From NCBI GenBank assembly GCA_028688415.1, contig JAQTYF010000001.1:272627-336626 (forward strand): 64,000 nt of DNA. Direction: 5' to 3'. Source of the DNA: Candidatus Moraniibacteriota bacterium. GTDB taxonomy: Bacteria; Patescibacteriota; Minisyncoccia; Moranbacterales; UBA1568. Each line of letters starts with the position of its first letter. The stretch's first letter is position 1. The notes under the pieces were generated by a model that worked only from the letters and a program-made list of their open reading frames with translations, was not told the origin of the DNA and made no database searches. Below are positions 39,046 to 48,675 of the stretch, in pieces. Both the position numbers and the translations under genes were made by a program.

Positions 39046-39861
39046 TTATGGTTCTAGTGTCAATCCTGATTCAGAAGAAAGATGTGTGTTCCCTATGAGT
39101 GTCTGGGCCGTGAAAACACCAAGATCAGCTAGTCGTACACCTCCTTGATACGAAATATCAGCATTTTCTCCATACACAACAATAATACGACCAAAAGGAA
39201 CTTCTTCCACACGCCGTTCCAGCTCTGAGAGAGGAATATGGAACGCACCTGCTATATGTTTCTTCTGATAATTCTCATTTGTCTGGACATCGAAAAGAAC
39301 CATTTTTGACGCATCCTCCTTCAACAATGTTTTGAGTGTTTTGAGTTCAATGTAATTCACTTTGGACTGATCAATGAGAGAATTCGGGTCGCCCATCGAA
39401 ATGACCGGGGCACCGAAGTTTTTCCAAGCCTCTATACCACCTTTAAGAAAGAAAAACGGGGATGATTTTTGCTCTAAGATATTCTTGGAGGTTTCCATTT
39501 TTTGGAAATCAGATTCAGAAAGAACAATCACTAGTATTGTTTCTTTCTCGACAGAAAGAGCGCTGAGAGCACTCAGGGAAAGCGGTACGGAATGTGCGAT
39601 ATGAGCCTCTTCAAAAGCTGTTTCTGATCGAATATCAATGATATGTATCTTGTCACCATTCTGCATCTTTTTCCACAGGACATCAGAAGTGATAGTGGGA
39701 ACATCTGTTTTTTTTGTATCAATAACGACAGACTGTATTTCCGTGATATCTTCTTTTTGAAAGATACTTCTACTGATGAAATAGGCACCGACAAATACTA
39801 TCAGCACTGATCCGACGACGAGCGCTCTTTTGTCATGAATACTGGTTCTCGAATACGTCAT
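39046..39861 (-). CDS. Membrane-anchored tandem rhodanese-like protein
   Basis: IIDIR..F...HI, LKGGIEAW, second FDV...HIAGA domain; start reset to MTYSR. Confidence 0.8.
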   Translation of the reverse strand: MTYSRTSIHDKRALVVGSVLIVFVGAYFISRSIFQKEDITEIQSVVIDTKKTDVPTITSDVLWKKMQNGDKIHIIDIRSETAFEEAHIAHSVPLSLSALSALSVEKETILVIVLSESDFQKMETSKNILEQKSSPFFFLKGGIEAWKNFGAPVISMGDPNSLIDQSKVNYIELKTLKTLLKEDASKMVLFDVQTNENYQKKHIAGAFHIPLSELERRVEEVPFGRIIVVYGENADISYQGGVRLADLGVFTAQTLIGNTHLSSESGLTLEP

Positions 39862-39865
39862 AGTA

Positions 39866-40939
39866 TTAACGCAAAAAACTTCCGATAATATCCTTGTTCC
39901 CCAATAAAAATTCTTGTATAGAGAGGCGATTTTTTCCTTCGAGCTGTACTTCTTCCAAGAAAACAACTCCTTCACTCGTCTGAACACCGATCTTTTCACC
40001 TGTTTCGAATATTTGACCAAGAGGATGATGGATTTGTGGAGATTGTTTCTGATAGGAAATACGGTGGAGTTTCAATCGTAAATAAGCGCTATCTTTCGTT
40101 AAGAAAGAAAAGATACCTGGCCATGGATACAATGCTCGATATCGATTGTAGATACTCTCCGCCGTATCTGTCCACATAATATGACCATCTTCTCGCTCAA
40201 TGAGTTGGCACAGTGTCGCCTCATCATTTTTTTGTGGAATTGATTGGATAGTACGTTGTATGAAACGAGGGAGTGTTTCAAGAAGTAAGTCTGTTCCCGC
40301 TTGTGTCAGACGAATACTGAGAGATTCTCTCGTATCATCTGGTTCAATCACTATTTTCTTCTGAGTCAGGATATCGCCCGTATCCATACCCTGGTCCATG
40401 AGCATGACGGTCACACCGGTTTCTGTAGCACCAGAAAGAATCGCATTCTGGATAGGGGAGGCACCGCGCCACTTGGGAAGAAGTGAGGCGTGTACATTGA
40501 TACAGCCAAATCCAGGAGTTTCAAGAATTGCTTTGGGCAATATTTTTCCGTAGGCAGCAACAATAATCAAATCTGGTTCTAATTTTTTTATACTTTCAAT
40601 AGTTTGTTCATCGAATCGCTCTGGCTGGAGGAGAGGAAGATTATAAGCCTGAGCTGTCTTTTTTACAGCGCTCTCTGTTTCTTCTTGTTTACGACCTACA
40701 GGCTTATCTTGTTTGGTCACGACACTGATGATGTGATATTTTTCTTCAATAAGTGCTGATAAAATATGAGAAGCAAACTCAGGTGTTCCCATGAAAAGAG
40801 TACGGATTTTTGGAGCGCCAGTCCAGATTTCCTTCTCTGGTAAAGAATGCTGAGTAGCAGTTGCGGCAGGCGATATCTCTTTTTCCGAAGTATTTTTTTG
40901 AGAAGGAGTGCGTCGTATAAGATCAAAGAAAGCAGCCAT
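39866..40939 (-). CDS. fmt: Methionyl-tRNA formyltransferase
   Basis: FMGTPEFA, AAYG, NVHASLLPKWRGASPI, MDTGD. Confidence 0.96.
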   Translation of the reverse strand: MAAFFDLIRRTPSQKNTSEKEISPAATATQHSLPEKEIWTGAPKIRTLFMGTPEFASHILSALIEEKYHIISVVTKQDKPVGRKQEETESAVKKTAQAYNLPLLQPERFDEQTIESIKKLEPDLIIVAAYGKILPKAILETPGFGCINVHASLLPKWRGASPIQNAILSGATETGVTVMLMDQGMDTGDILTQKKIVIEPDDTRESLSIRLTQAGTDLLLETLPRFIQRTIQSIPQKNDEATLCQLIEREDGHIMWTDTAESIYNRYRALYPWPGIFSFLTKDSAYLRLKLHRISYQKQSPQIHHPLGQIFETGEKIGVQTSEGVVFLEEVQLEGKNRLSIQEFLLGNKDIIGSFLR

Positions 40940-40948
40940 ATTTTTTTC

Positions 40949-41419
40949 TTAGAGAATTATCGAAGATTTTTTCTGTTGTTTTTTGTAACGATTGATAATA
41001 AGTATGCCATCGAGATGATCTACCTCATGCTGGATGACGATAGCAAGGAATCCTGTCGCGCGCATTTTCTTTGGCAATCCTTTTTCATTCTGATAGCGGA
41101 GGGTTATCTCTTCTGATCGAATAATAGGAAAGAACTGTCCAGGAAGACTGAGGCAACCTTCTTCGAAAACGATTTTTTCTTGAGAATGGGAAGTGATTTC
41201 TGGATTAATGAGATAATAAATTTTTCCATCTACTTCAGCCACCGCAAGACGAATCGACTGATCGATCTGCGGAGCCGCCAAACCTACTCCATTCTCCTGA
41301 TGCATCGTCTCTACCATCTGAGGAAGGAGTGCTTGAATTTCAGGAGACAAAGGATCTTTGATTAATTCCGTTTTTTTTAAGAGGATTTCAGTTGTCTCAC
41401 CGGTTATAAGTGTCAGCAT
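40949..41419 (-). CDS. def: Peptide deformylase
   Basis: GVGLAAPQI, EGCLS, QHEVDHLDG. Confidence 0.97.
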   Translation of the reverse strand: MLTLITGETTEILLKKTELIKDPLSPEIQALLPQMVETMHQENGVGLAAPQIDQSIRLAVAEVDGKIYYLINPEITSHSQEKIVFEEGCLSLPGQFFPIIRSEEITLRYQNEKGLPKKMRATGFLAIVIQHEVDHLDGILIINRYKKQQKKSSIIL

Positions 41420-41422
41420 ATT

Positions 41423-43405
41423 TCAGAGGAATGAAAGTGGATCAATGTCTATAATAAAAGTCATGTCTATTTTTTCAAGAAAAACCTGGAGATCTTCTGG
41501 AAGGGATTTTTCTTTGGGTATACGTATAAGTGTTCTGCAAGTAAATATTTTCTTTCCGATATTCTTCTTTGCTTCATTTGGAATACTGAGACGATGGCGA
41601 ATATGTCTTTCAGTCAGAAGTGTTTCGATATTCTGACCTATTTTCTTTGCATTTTTCAGAGATTCTTCTTCTGTTTTCCCTTGGGAAATGATAGAAATAA
41701 GTCTCGAGAACGGTGGATAGAAGAGGTCTTCACGCTCAGCAAGTATCCGTTCTCCAAAGGCTTTTGAATCGAGAGATCCAATTCTCTGAAAAAAAGTACT
41801 CTCTGGATGAAATGTCTGGACGATCACTCGCCTTTTCGAACACATTTCTTGTGATTTTGTGTCTTGTACCACAAACCGTGTCAACGTCTGAAAAAGCTTC
41901 TCATCAGCCCGAAAATCTGGAAAAGAGAGGAGGCTATCCGTATCAATCATACCAATCAAAGACAGTTTGGGCAAGGTTTGTCCTTTGATCACCATTTGTG
42001 TACCAATGAGAATATCGACATTTCCCGAAGAAACATCCGTATGAAATTTTTGTATGTTTTTTTCTGTACGCATAGTCGCACCATCTGCTCGAAAGACACG
42101 GGCACCAGGAAAAAGTTTTTTGATCTCTCGTTCGATTCGTTCGGTACCAAATCCGACATGACGAAACGTCAGGTGTCCACACTGTGGGCAACCCGGAAAA
42201 GAATCTGTCGTATAATGACAACCGAGACACTTGAACGTCCCTTCTTTCGTACTTGAGAGCACGTGTCCAGACTTGGGACAACGAAAAATATTTTTGCAAT
42301 TTTCACAGACAGAAAAGGCATCCATTCCCTGACGATGGATATAGAGGAGGGCTTGTTCTTTGTGATTCATCGTTTCCTGTAACGCTGTGATCAGCTCTTG
42401 TGAGAGAGGGGAATAATTCTTTCGAAAACGTTCCAAGCGTAAATTCACTATCTGAAGCGACGCCAGGAGTGGAGGAGAAAGGGTCAGTGGATGAAGCAGG
42501 GAATACTCTTCTTTTTTGAGAGAAGAAAGACTCTCTATGCTCGGTATTCCTGAAGTAAAGATGAGTTTTACATGACTCTCTCTGACGAGCGCCTTCGCGA
42601 CATTTCTTGCGTCATAGCGTGGACTCATCGTCCATTGTTTGTAACTCTCATCTTGTTCTTCGAGAACAATGACAGCTCCCAAATTCTGAAACGGAGCGAA
42701 AAGTCCTTGTCTCGTCGAAAGAACAATAGAAGCTTCTCCGCTTCGAATACGTTCCCAATTTTTCGAATAGAGACCATCGGATAATTTACTTTGTACAAGA
42801 GCGATTTTTTCTTGTGGAAAATATCGAGCAAACAATGTTTCGAGTGCTGGTAAGAGAATTATTTCAGGAACAATAACAAGTGTCTGCTCTTTTTTTGTTG
42901 CCAGTTTCTTCGTGAGTTTGACGAGAAAAGCATCAAAATCACTGAGAGAAGATGTCTGGAGATAGCTGATAGATCCTGATTTCATTGCAAGAAATGTTTC
43001 CAGTATTTCATTATCAGATTTTCCTAACCGAACAATTTCTGTCGATGTCGAAAGCGATGTTTCTTTTTTCTTTGGAAGAATATATTTCGGAAGAAAATGT
43101 TTGAGTACCTTCCCGAGTGAAGTAAAATATTCTTCACTCATGAATAATGCAAGAGCGAGCTGGGATGGAGTGAGTGATTTTTCTCGAACAATTTTGGAAA
43201 TATACTTCATCCAAATTGGTGCTTTGCCAGGAAGCGGAGCAACACCAAAAACAACCCCTTCGAGAGATCGTTTCCCAAAGGAAATAGCAACAAGCGATCC
43301 AGGAGCTATCGGATCCTTCGAGAGATAGCTAAAAAGTGGAGATTTCCCGAGTGGCAGGATAAGAAGAGGGGCAACCTCGATTCGGTAGAGTTCAGATTTT
43401 TTCAT
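41423..43405 (-). CDS. priA: Primosomal protein N' with degenerate helicase motifs
   Basis: VPEI, SYKQ..PRY, Cys-rich zinc region, GTERIE, ILIGTQM, PDFRA, YPPF; adjacent to def-fmt. Confidence 0.9.
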   Translation of the reverse strand: MKKSELYRIEVAPLLILPLGKSPLFSYLSKDPIAPGSLVAISFGKRSLEGVVFGVAPLPGKAPIWMKYISKIVREKSLTPSQLALALFMSEEYFTSLGKVLKHFLPKYILPKKKETSLSTSTEIVRLGKSDNEILETFLAMKSGSISYLQTSSLSDFDAFLVKLTKKLATKKEQTLVIVPEIILLPALETLFARYFPQEKIALVQSKLSDGLYSKNWERIRSGEASIVLSTRQGLFAPFQNLGAVIVLEEQDESYKQWTMSPRYDARNVAKALVRESHVKLIFTSGIPSIESLSSLKKEEYSLLHPLTLSPPLLASLQIVNLRLERFRKNYSPLSQELITALQETMNHKEQALLYIHRQGMDAFSVCENCKNIFRCPKSGHVLSSTKEGTFKCLGCHYTTDSFPGCPQCGHLTFRHVGFGTERIEREIKKLFPGARVFRADGATMRTEKNIQKFHTDVSSGNVDILIGTQMVIKGQTLPKLSLIGMIDTDSLLSFPDFRADEKLFQTLTRFVVQDTKSQEMCSKRRVIVQTFHPESTFFQRIGSLDSKAFGERILAEREDLFYPPFSRLISIISQGKTEEESLKNAKKIGQNIETLLTERHIRHRLSIPNEAKKNIGKKIFTCRTLIRIPKEKSLPEDLQVFLEKIDMTFIIDIDPLSFL

Positions 43406-43440
43406 ATATCTATTCTAACACAGAAGAAGTGCTTATCTTA

Positions 43441-43616
43441 GTATTCAGCACCCTAAAGCCAATTTTTCATCATCGTTCCACCTCTCACAAGAGCTCTCAG
43501 TATTACGAAAAAAGCAGTCTCCAATCTACACAATCACAACTTCTTTTTTCGATCTGAGAGCTCTTGCTCAGTCAGTGTGGAAAGGATGATGAAAAATTCT
43601 TTTGGGTGTTGAATAC
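43441..43616. repeat. 176 bp rod-like imperfect palindrome (possible structured RNA or MITE-like element)
   Basis: Arms gtattcagcaccc/gggtgttgaatac, aatttttcatcatc/gatgatgaaaaatt, ttccac/gtggaa, caagagctctcag/ctgagagctcttg. Confidence 0.85.
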
Positions 43617-43679
43617 ATATACTTAATTCGACTGTCTCTTGATTTTTTGGCTCTTTTCCGCTACGCTCATAATACACTT

Positions 43680-44228
43680 ATGAACAAAACACGTCGATTA
43701 TTCGTCGGTATTCCGCTTTCTTCGCAACTTCGCAAGAGGCTTATGCAAGAAATGGAACTCTGGCCCAAAGAAGCTGTCCTGCGTACGACGGAAGAAAATC
43801 TTCACGTAACGCTTTTTTTCTTGGGATTTGTTCAAGAAGAAGAGGTGGGGGAAATGTGTCGAAGGGTTGGAGAAGTATGTAAAAACATTGAATCTTTCGA
43901 ACTCTCGTTCACGAGCATGACTTTAATGGAGAATGCAGAAAATCCAAAAATGATTTGGTTGACAGGGGAACCGAGCGATGAACTTCGTTCCGTTTTAGAG
44001 AAGATTGAAAAAGCTTTTTCATCATTTATCAGTGAGAAAAAAATATACCGTCCTCACGTTACTCTGGCAAAGATAAAAAAGTCCAAATGGTTGAAGCTCG
44101 AAACAAAACCTGTTCTCAAAGAATCAGTATTACTCAATGAAACAGTAGAAGACATCGCAGTTTTTGAAAGTCTCTCTCTTGATGGGAAACGTCGTTATGA
44201 CCCGATTGATACTTTTTCTCTTCTCTAG
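43680..44228 (+). CDS. thpR: RNA 2',3'-cyclic phosphodiesterase (2H family)
   Basis: RLFVGI, NLHVTLFFLG and PHVTLA motifs; start reset to MNKTR. Confidence 0.9.
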   Translation: MNKTRRLFVGIPLSSQLRKRLMQEMELWPKEAVLRTTEENLHVTLFFLGFVQEEEVGEMCRRVGEVCKNIESFELSFTSMTLMENAENPKMIWLTGEPSDELRSVLEKIEKAFSSFISEKKIYRPHVTLAKIKKSKWLKLETKPVLKESVLLNETVEDIAVFESLSLDGKRRYDPIDTFSLL

Positions 44229-44252
44229 TTTCTGCCTCTTATCAACGCGTCT

Positions 44253-45005
44253 ATGGAAATACTCGGGACCACTATCGACAATCTCACACGAGAAGAAATA
44301 TTGGCACAAATAAAAATATTTTTGGATGAACCAAAATTTCATCAGATTGCCACTGTCAATCCAGAATTTCTCCTTGAGGCAAAGAAAAACAAAGCTTTTC
44401 ATACGATATTGCAAAATTGTGATCTACGTATTGCAGATGGATTTGGTATCACTCTTACAATGCTTTTTCGAGGAGAGAGACTCAAATGCCGTTTCCCTGG
44501 TGCTGATCTGATGGAAGAAATATTGTCCATTGCCAATGAAAAAAAAATCAGTATATATCTTGCTATCAAAAAAGACGGGCTCAGTTCTTTCGATGAAGTA
44601 AGGCAAGCGCTTTTAGAAAGATATCCTACATTAGTGGTTGACGGAGATACTATTGATGTAAATGAGATTTACGATTTAAGATTTAAGATGTTAGAGTCCA
44701 AAATCAAAAATCTAAAATCTAAAATCATTCTTTGTAATTTCGGATCACCGACGCAAGAGATATTCCTTTCTCGTTTGCGTCAGCAGACACGATCAGTGCG
44801 TCTGGCTATGGGTGTCGGTGGCTCCTTCGACTACCTCACCAAGAAGCAAAAACGCGCACCGAGGTGGTTACAGAGCATTGGTCTCGAATGGTTATGGCGA
44901 CTCATACAACAACCACAAAGATGGTACAGAATATGGAATGCCGTCGTTCTTTTCCCTTTTTATGTATTTTTCGCTACAATACAGAAACACGATCATAACA
45001 CCTAA
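44253..45005 (+). CDS. WecB/TagA/CpsF family glycosyltransferase
   Basis: TVNPE, ADG, GADL, GSPTQE, GVGGSFD, RAP.W...GLEWLWRL. Confidence 0.92.
   Translation: MEILGTTIDNLTREEILAQIKIFLDEPKFHQIATVNPEFLLEAKKNKAFHTILQNCDLRIADGFGITLTMLFRGERLKCRFPGADLMEEILSIANEKKISIYLAIKKDGLSSFDEVRQALLERYPTLVVDGDTIDVNEIYDLRFKMLESKIKNLKSKIILCNFGSPTQEIFLSRLRQQTRSVRLAMGVGGSFDYLTKKQKRAPRWLQSIGLEWLWRLIQQPQRWYRIWNAVVLFPFYVFFATIQKHDHNT
44666..44726. repeat. Inverted heptamer arms in-frame in the TagA-like gene
   Basis: GATTT at 44666, 44673, 44680 (GATGT at 44687); AAATC at 44701, 44708, 44715, 44722. Confidence 0.85.
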
Positions 45006-45016
45006 CACATACCCTT

Positions 45017-46540
45017 ATGTCTGAAACATCTCCAGTCCGCCTCCGTTTTGCTCCATCACCGACAGGTCAACTTCACGTCGGTGGTCTCCGTACTGCACTT
45101 TACAATTATTTTTTTGTAAGAAAAAATAAAGGGATTTTCATACTACGCATCGAAGATACTGATCAGAAACGCTTTGTTCCAGGAGCAGCCGAGAGTCTCG
45201 TTACCATCCTTGATACTATGGGGATGCATCAGGATGAGGGTGTTTTTATAGAAAATGGCACGCTCATACAAAAGGGTACATATGGTCCATACATCCAATC
45301 AGAACGACTCCCACTCTATCAGGAATATGTTCAGAAACTTATAGAATCTGAAAAAGCCTACTATTGTTTTTGTAGCGTCTCTCGACTATCAGCACTTCGT
45401 GAAGAACAAACTAAGGATAAACTCGCACCGAGATACGACAAACATTGCCTCGGACTTTCTACTGAAGAGATAGAAGAACGTCTCGAAGCGAAAGAACCCT
45501 ATGTCATCCGTCTCAATGTTGATACGAATCGTGGCGATATCGTGTTCGATGATCTCGTACGAGGAAGAGTGTCTATCAACGCACGGGATGTCGACGATCA
45601 TGTACTGATGAAATCAGACGGATTTCCGACCTATCATCTCGCCAACGTCGTCGACGACCATCTCATGCATATTACGCATGTTATACGTGCGGAAGAATGG
45701 ATATCTAGCACACCGAAACATATTTTGATATATGAGGCTTTAGAATTCTCGATTCCACAGTTCGCCCATTTGCCACTCCTCCTCAATCCTGACAAAAGTA
45801 AACTTTCGAAGCGTCAAGGTGATGTCGCTGTCGAAGATTATTTGAAAAAAGGCTATCTCAAAGAAACCCTCATCAATTTTATCGCACTCCTCGGATGGAA
45901 TCCTGGAGCAGGAAGTACGCAAGAAATATTTACTCTCGATGAACTCGTAGAAAAATTTGATCTCACACAAGTCCACAAAGCGGGGGCGGTGTTTGATCTG
46001 AAAAAGCTCGATTGGATGAATACAGAGTATATCAAGAAACTCAGTCTCGATGAGCTCTACGCTCGCGGACTCCCTTTTCTTTCAGAAAAAGAATTCTTCA
46101 AAGCGTGGGTAAGCCGACAAACAACATTAAGCGGAGAAGAAAAAGAATCCTTTGTAAAAAGAGTACTTCGTGTCGAACAAGACCGTCTGACGAAACTCTC
46201 CGACATCGGTGATAATAATCCTTTCTTTTTCGTAGACACATTGACGTACGAGACCTCAATGCTTCACTGGAAACAGAACACTCCTCTCCAAACGAAAGAA
46301 GCTCTCGATGGAGCTCTCGAAACACTTTCTGCACTGACTCTCGAAGAATGGGCACAGAAAGAAACCATAGAAAAAGTACTTATGGACAAGGCAGGAGAAA
46401 AAAGAGGGGACTTCCTCTGGCCGCTCCGTGTCGCTCTCACAGGAGCTGAGCGATCACCATCACCGTTTGATGTGGCATGGGTCTTGGGACAAGACGAAAG
46501 CCTCCGACGAATCGAATCTGCCCTCGCCAAACTGGCATAA
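45017..46540 (+). CDS. gltX: Glutamate--tRNA ligase
   Basis: RFAPSPTG.LHVGG, RIEDTD, YHLANVVDD, KLSKR. Confidence 0.97.
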   Translation: MSETSPVRLRFAPSPTGQLHVGGLRTALYNYFFVRKNKGIFILRIEDTDQKRFVPGAAESLVTILDTMGMHQDEGVFIENGTLIQKGTYGPYIQSERLPLYQEYVQKLIESEKAYYCFCSVSRLSALREEQTKDKLAPRYDKHCLGLSTEEIEERLEAKEPYVIRLNVDTNRGDIVFDDLVRGRVSINARDVDDHVLMKSDGFPTYHLANVVDDHLMHITHVIRAEEWISSTPKHILIYEALEFSIPQFAHLPLLLNPDKSKLSKRQGDVAVEDYLKKGYLKETLINFIALLGWNPGAGSTQEIFTLDELVEKFDLTQVHKAGAVFDLKKLDWMNTEYIKKLSLDELYARGLPFLSEKEFFKAWVSRQTTLSGEEKESFVKRVLRVEQDRLTKLSDIGDNNPFFFVDTLTYETSMLHWKQNTPLQTKEALDGALETLSALTLEEWAQKETIEKVLMDKAGEKRGDFLWPLRVALTGAERSPSPFDVAWVLGQDESLRRIESALAKLA

Positions 46541-46572
46541 TTTTCAGGGTGTTCTTGTGGTATAATAAAAAG

Positions 46573-47856
46573 ATGATTATACACACATCCAAAAAATATC
46601 AAAAATACTTCTTATTCTCTATACTTTGTTGCGGAAGCGTATTCTTTTCTTCCTTGGTTTTCGCTGAGAGCAATAGTATTACCGACCTCAATGCCGAACA
46701 GCAAAAAGATCTCAAAAAAAAACAAGATCAAATTGATGCGATCAATGCCAAGATAAAAGCCTACAAACAAATCGTATCACTCAAACAGCGTCAAGGATCA
46801 ACGCTCACCGATCAGATCACTTCTCTTGAAGCACAGGAGAAAAAGTTGGAACTTGAGATCGGTACGAACAAAGAAAAAATCATGGGTCTCGCAACCGATA
46901 TCGATTCTTTGTCGAAGAGAATTGTCGAACAAGAAAATCTCTTCGATCGACAGAAAAAGATGCTCTCAGAACTCATGCGCATATACCACAGTGATTATTC
47001 CAACGAAAAAGCGCTCATGCTTTTTTCTTCTGATGAGACACTCGCATTTCTCAATCAAGAAAACTGGACTTCTCAAATGGAGAGTAAAATCAGTGAATTG
47101 CTCGAATCTATAAAAATACTCAAAGAAAGTCTCTTGAGTGAACGTGTAGATATAGAAGAAAAGAAAAAAGAAGCAGATGATATTCATGCAAAACTTTCTG
47201 AACAAGATAGTTATCTCGAAAGTACCAAAAGTACCAAAGCCTCACTCCTTGCCAAGACTGTCGCTGAACAAAAAAAATATTCATCCCTCGTCAAATCACT
47301 TGAGGAGGAACAGAGTGATATCGAAGATGAAATCAATCGATTACAAGCAGGAACATCGGGCAGTTACGAAGATATGCCCGATGCCAAGAGAGGATTACTC
47401 GAATATCCTGTCAAAAAAATTATCATAACCCAAGGATATGGTATGACTGCTTATGCGAAAAAAGGTGCTTATGGCGGAGGACCTCACAACGGTGTAGACT
47501 TTGGTATTTCTTCTGGGACACCTATCTATGCTCCGATGAGTGGAAAAGTAGTCGGTGTCGGCAGTATGTACAAAAATGGTCGTTGGTACGGATATGGACG
47601 CTGGATCGCTATTGATCACGGAAACGGCATCGTCACACTCTATGGTCACCTCAGCTCTCAATCAGTAAAAAACGGACAAAAGGTATCGACGGGGGATAAA
47701 ATTGGTTCATCTGGAAATACCGGTTATTCCACTGGACCACATCTCCATTTTTCTGTTTTCTCTGCACAATCCTATAAAGTCGTTGCGTCAACTTCAGTCA
47801 AGGGTATTTCCCTGCCATACGGCGCACACGTCAATCCGATGAAATATTTGCCCTAA
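46573..47856 (+). CDS. Coiled-coil M23 peptidase (EnvC/NlpD-like)
   Basis: Signal peptide, long coiled coil, HNGVD, YGH, STGPHLHF; start reset to MIIHT. Confidence 0.9.
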   Translation: MIIHTSKKYQKYFLFSILCCGSVFFSSLVFAESNSITDLNAEQQKDLKKKQDQIDAINAKIKAYKQIVSLKQRQGSTLTDQITSLEAQEKKLELEIGTNKEKIMGLATDIDSLSKRIVEQENLFDRQKKMLSELMRIYHSDYSNEKALMLFSSDETLAFLNQENWTSQMESKISELLESIKILKESLLSERVDIEEKKKEADDIHAKLSEQDSYLESTKSTKASLLAKTVAEQKKYSSLVKSLEEEQSDIEDEINRLQAGTSGSYEDMPDAKRGLLEYPVKKIIITQGYGMTAYAKKGAYGGGPHNGVDFGISSGTPIYAPMSGKVVGVGSMYKNGRWYGYGRWIAIDHGNGIVTLYGHLSSQSVKNGQKVSTGDKIGSSGNTGYSTGPHLHFSVFSAQSYKVVASTSVKGISLPYGAHVNPMKYLP

Positions 47857-47861
47857 TCTTT

Positions 47862-48635
47862 ATGCGTAAATGTCTCGACAGACCAATCCGCACATCTTTC
47901 CATAATGGGGAAATAATTGCTGATGTTTTCCTTCCTCTTCGTCAGACGGGGAGGATAGCCATATTGGCAGGGGGTTTACCCTCGTCTCCATCACAAAATG
48001 ATACACTGAGATTTCTCACAACATTCGGTTATGTAGCCATCTTTTTTCGCTATAGAGGAACGTGGGAAAGCAGGGGAAATTTTCTCGAAAAATCTCCTGC
48101 TCGAGACATCGCGGATATTCTTTCTGATTTAAAGGGGAGTCGAAAAATACACAATATTTTTCTGGAGGAAGATATCCCCATCAAAGTATCGTCCGTCACT
48201 CTCTTTGGTTCATCATTCGGGGGACCAGCAGTTCTCCTCAATTCTACGAATCCCCTCGTCAAAAAAGTTATTGCACTCTCACCTGTCCTCGACTGGCAAA
48301 CGATCGAACATGGGAGCGAACCATCATCAGACCATTTCCGATTCATCGAACAAGGATATCCCGAAGCATATCGGGTAAAGAAAAGACATGATTGGAAAAA
48401 GATTCACCGTCCTGATTTTTATAATCCACTCACCAATACATCTTTGATCGATGGTAGGAAGGTGTTCATTCTACATGCCACCGACGATACAATAGTGCCA
48501 GACACGACACTACCTCTGTTCACCGAAAAAACCGGTGCCACAGTATACCTCAAGCCACGTGGCGGACACTTCGGATTACGATACATCACCCATCAGTTTT
48601 TTTGGAAGAAAATACAAAACTTTTTGGAGCAATGA
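47862..48635 (+). CDS. Alpha/beta hydrolase
   Basis: YRGTWES, GSSFGG nucleophile elbow, H..DD.IV, GGH. Confidence 0.85.
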   Translation: MRKCLDRPIRTSFHNGEIIADVFLPLRQTGRIAILAGGLPSSPSQNDTLRFLTTFGYVAIFFRYRGTWESRGNFLEKSPARDIADILSDLKGSRKIHNIFLEEDIPIKVSSVTLFGSSFGGPAVLLNSTNPLVKKVIALSPVLDWQTIEHGSEPSSDHFRFIEQGYPEAYRVKKRHDWKKIHRPDFYNPLTNTSLIDGRKVFILHATDDTIVPDTTLPLFTEKTGATVYLKPRGGHFGLRYITHQFFWKKIQNFLEQ

Positions 48636-48675
48636 TAGTCGTACAAAAGAACATTCGTTTTTTTGACTTGCGACT

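Noticed and set aside
43680-44228. ThpR and RtcB as a joint RNA repair module
   Set aside because: More than 20 kb apart in unrelated operons; no rtcA, rtcR or Ro-like gene
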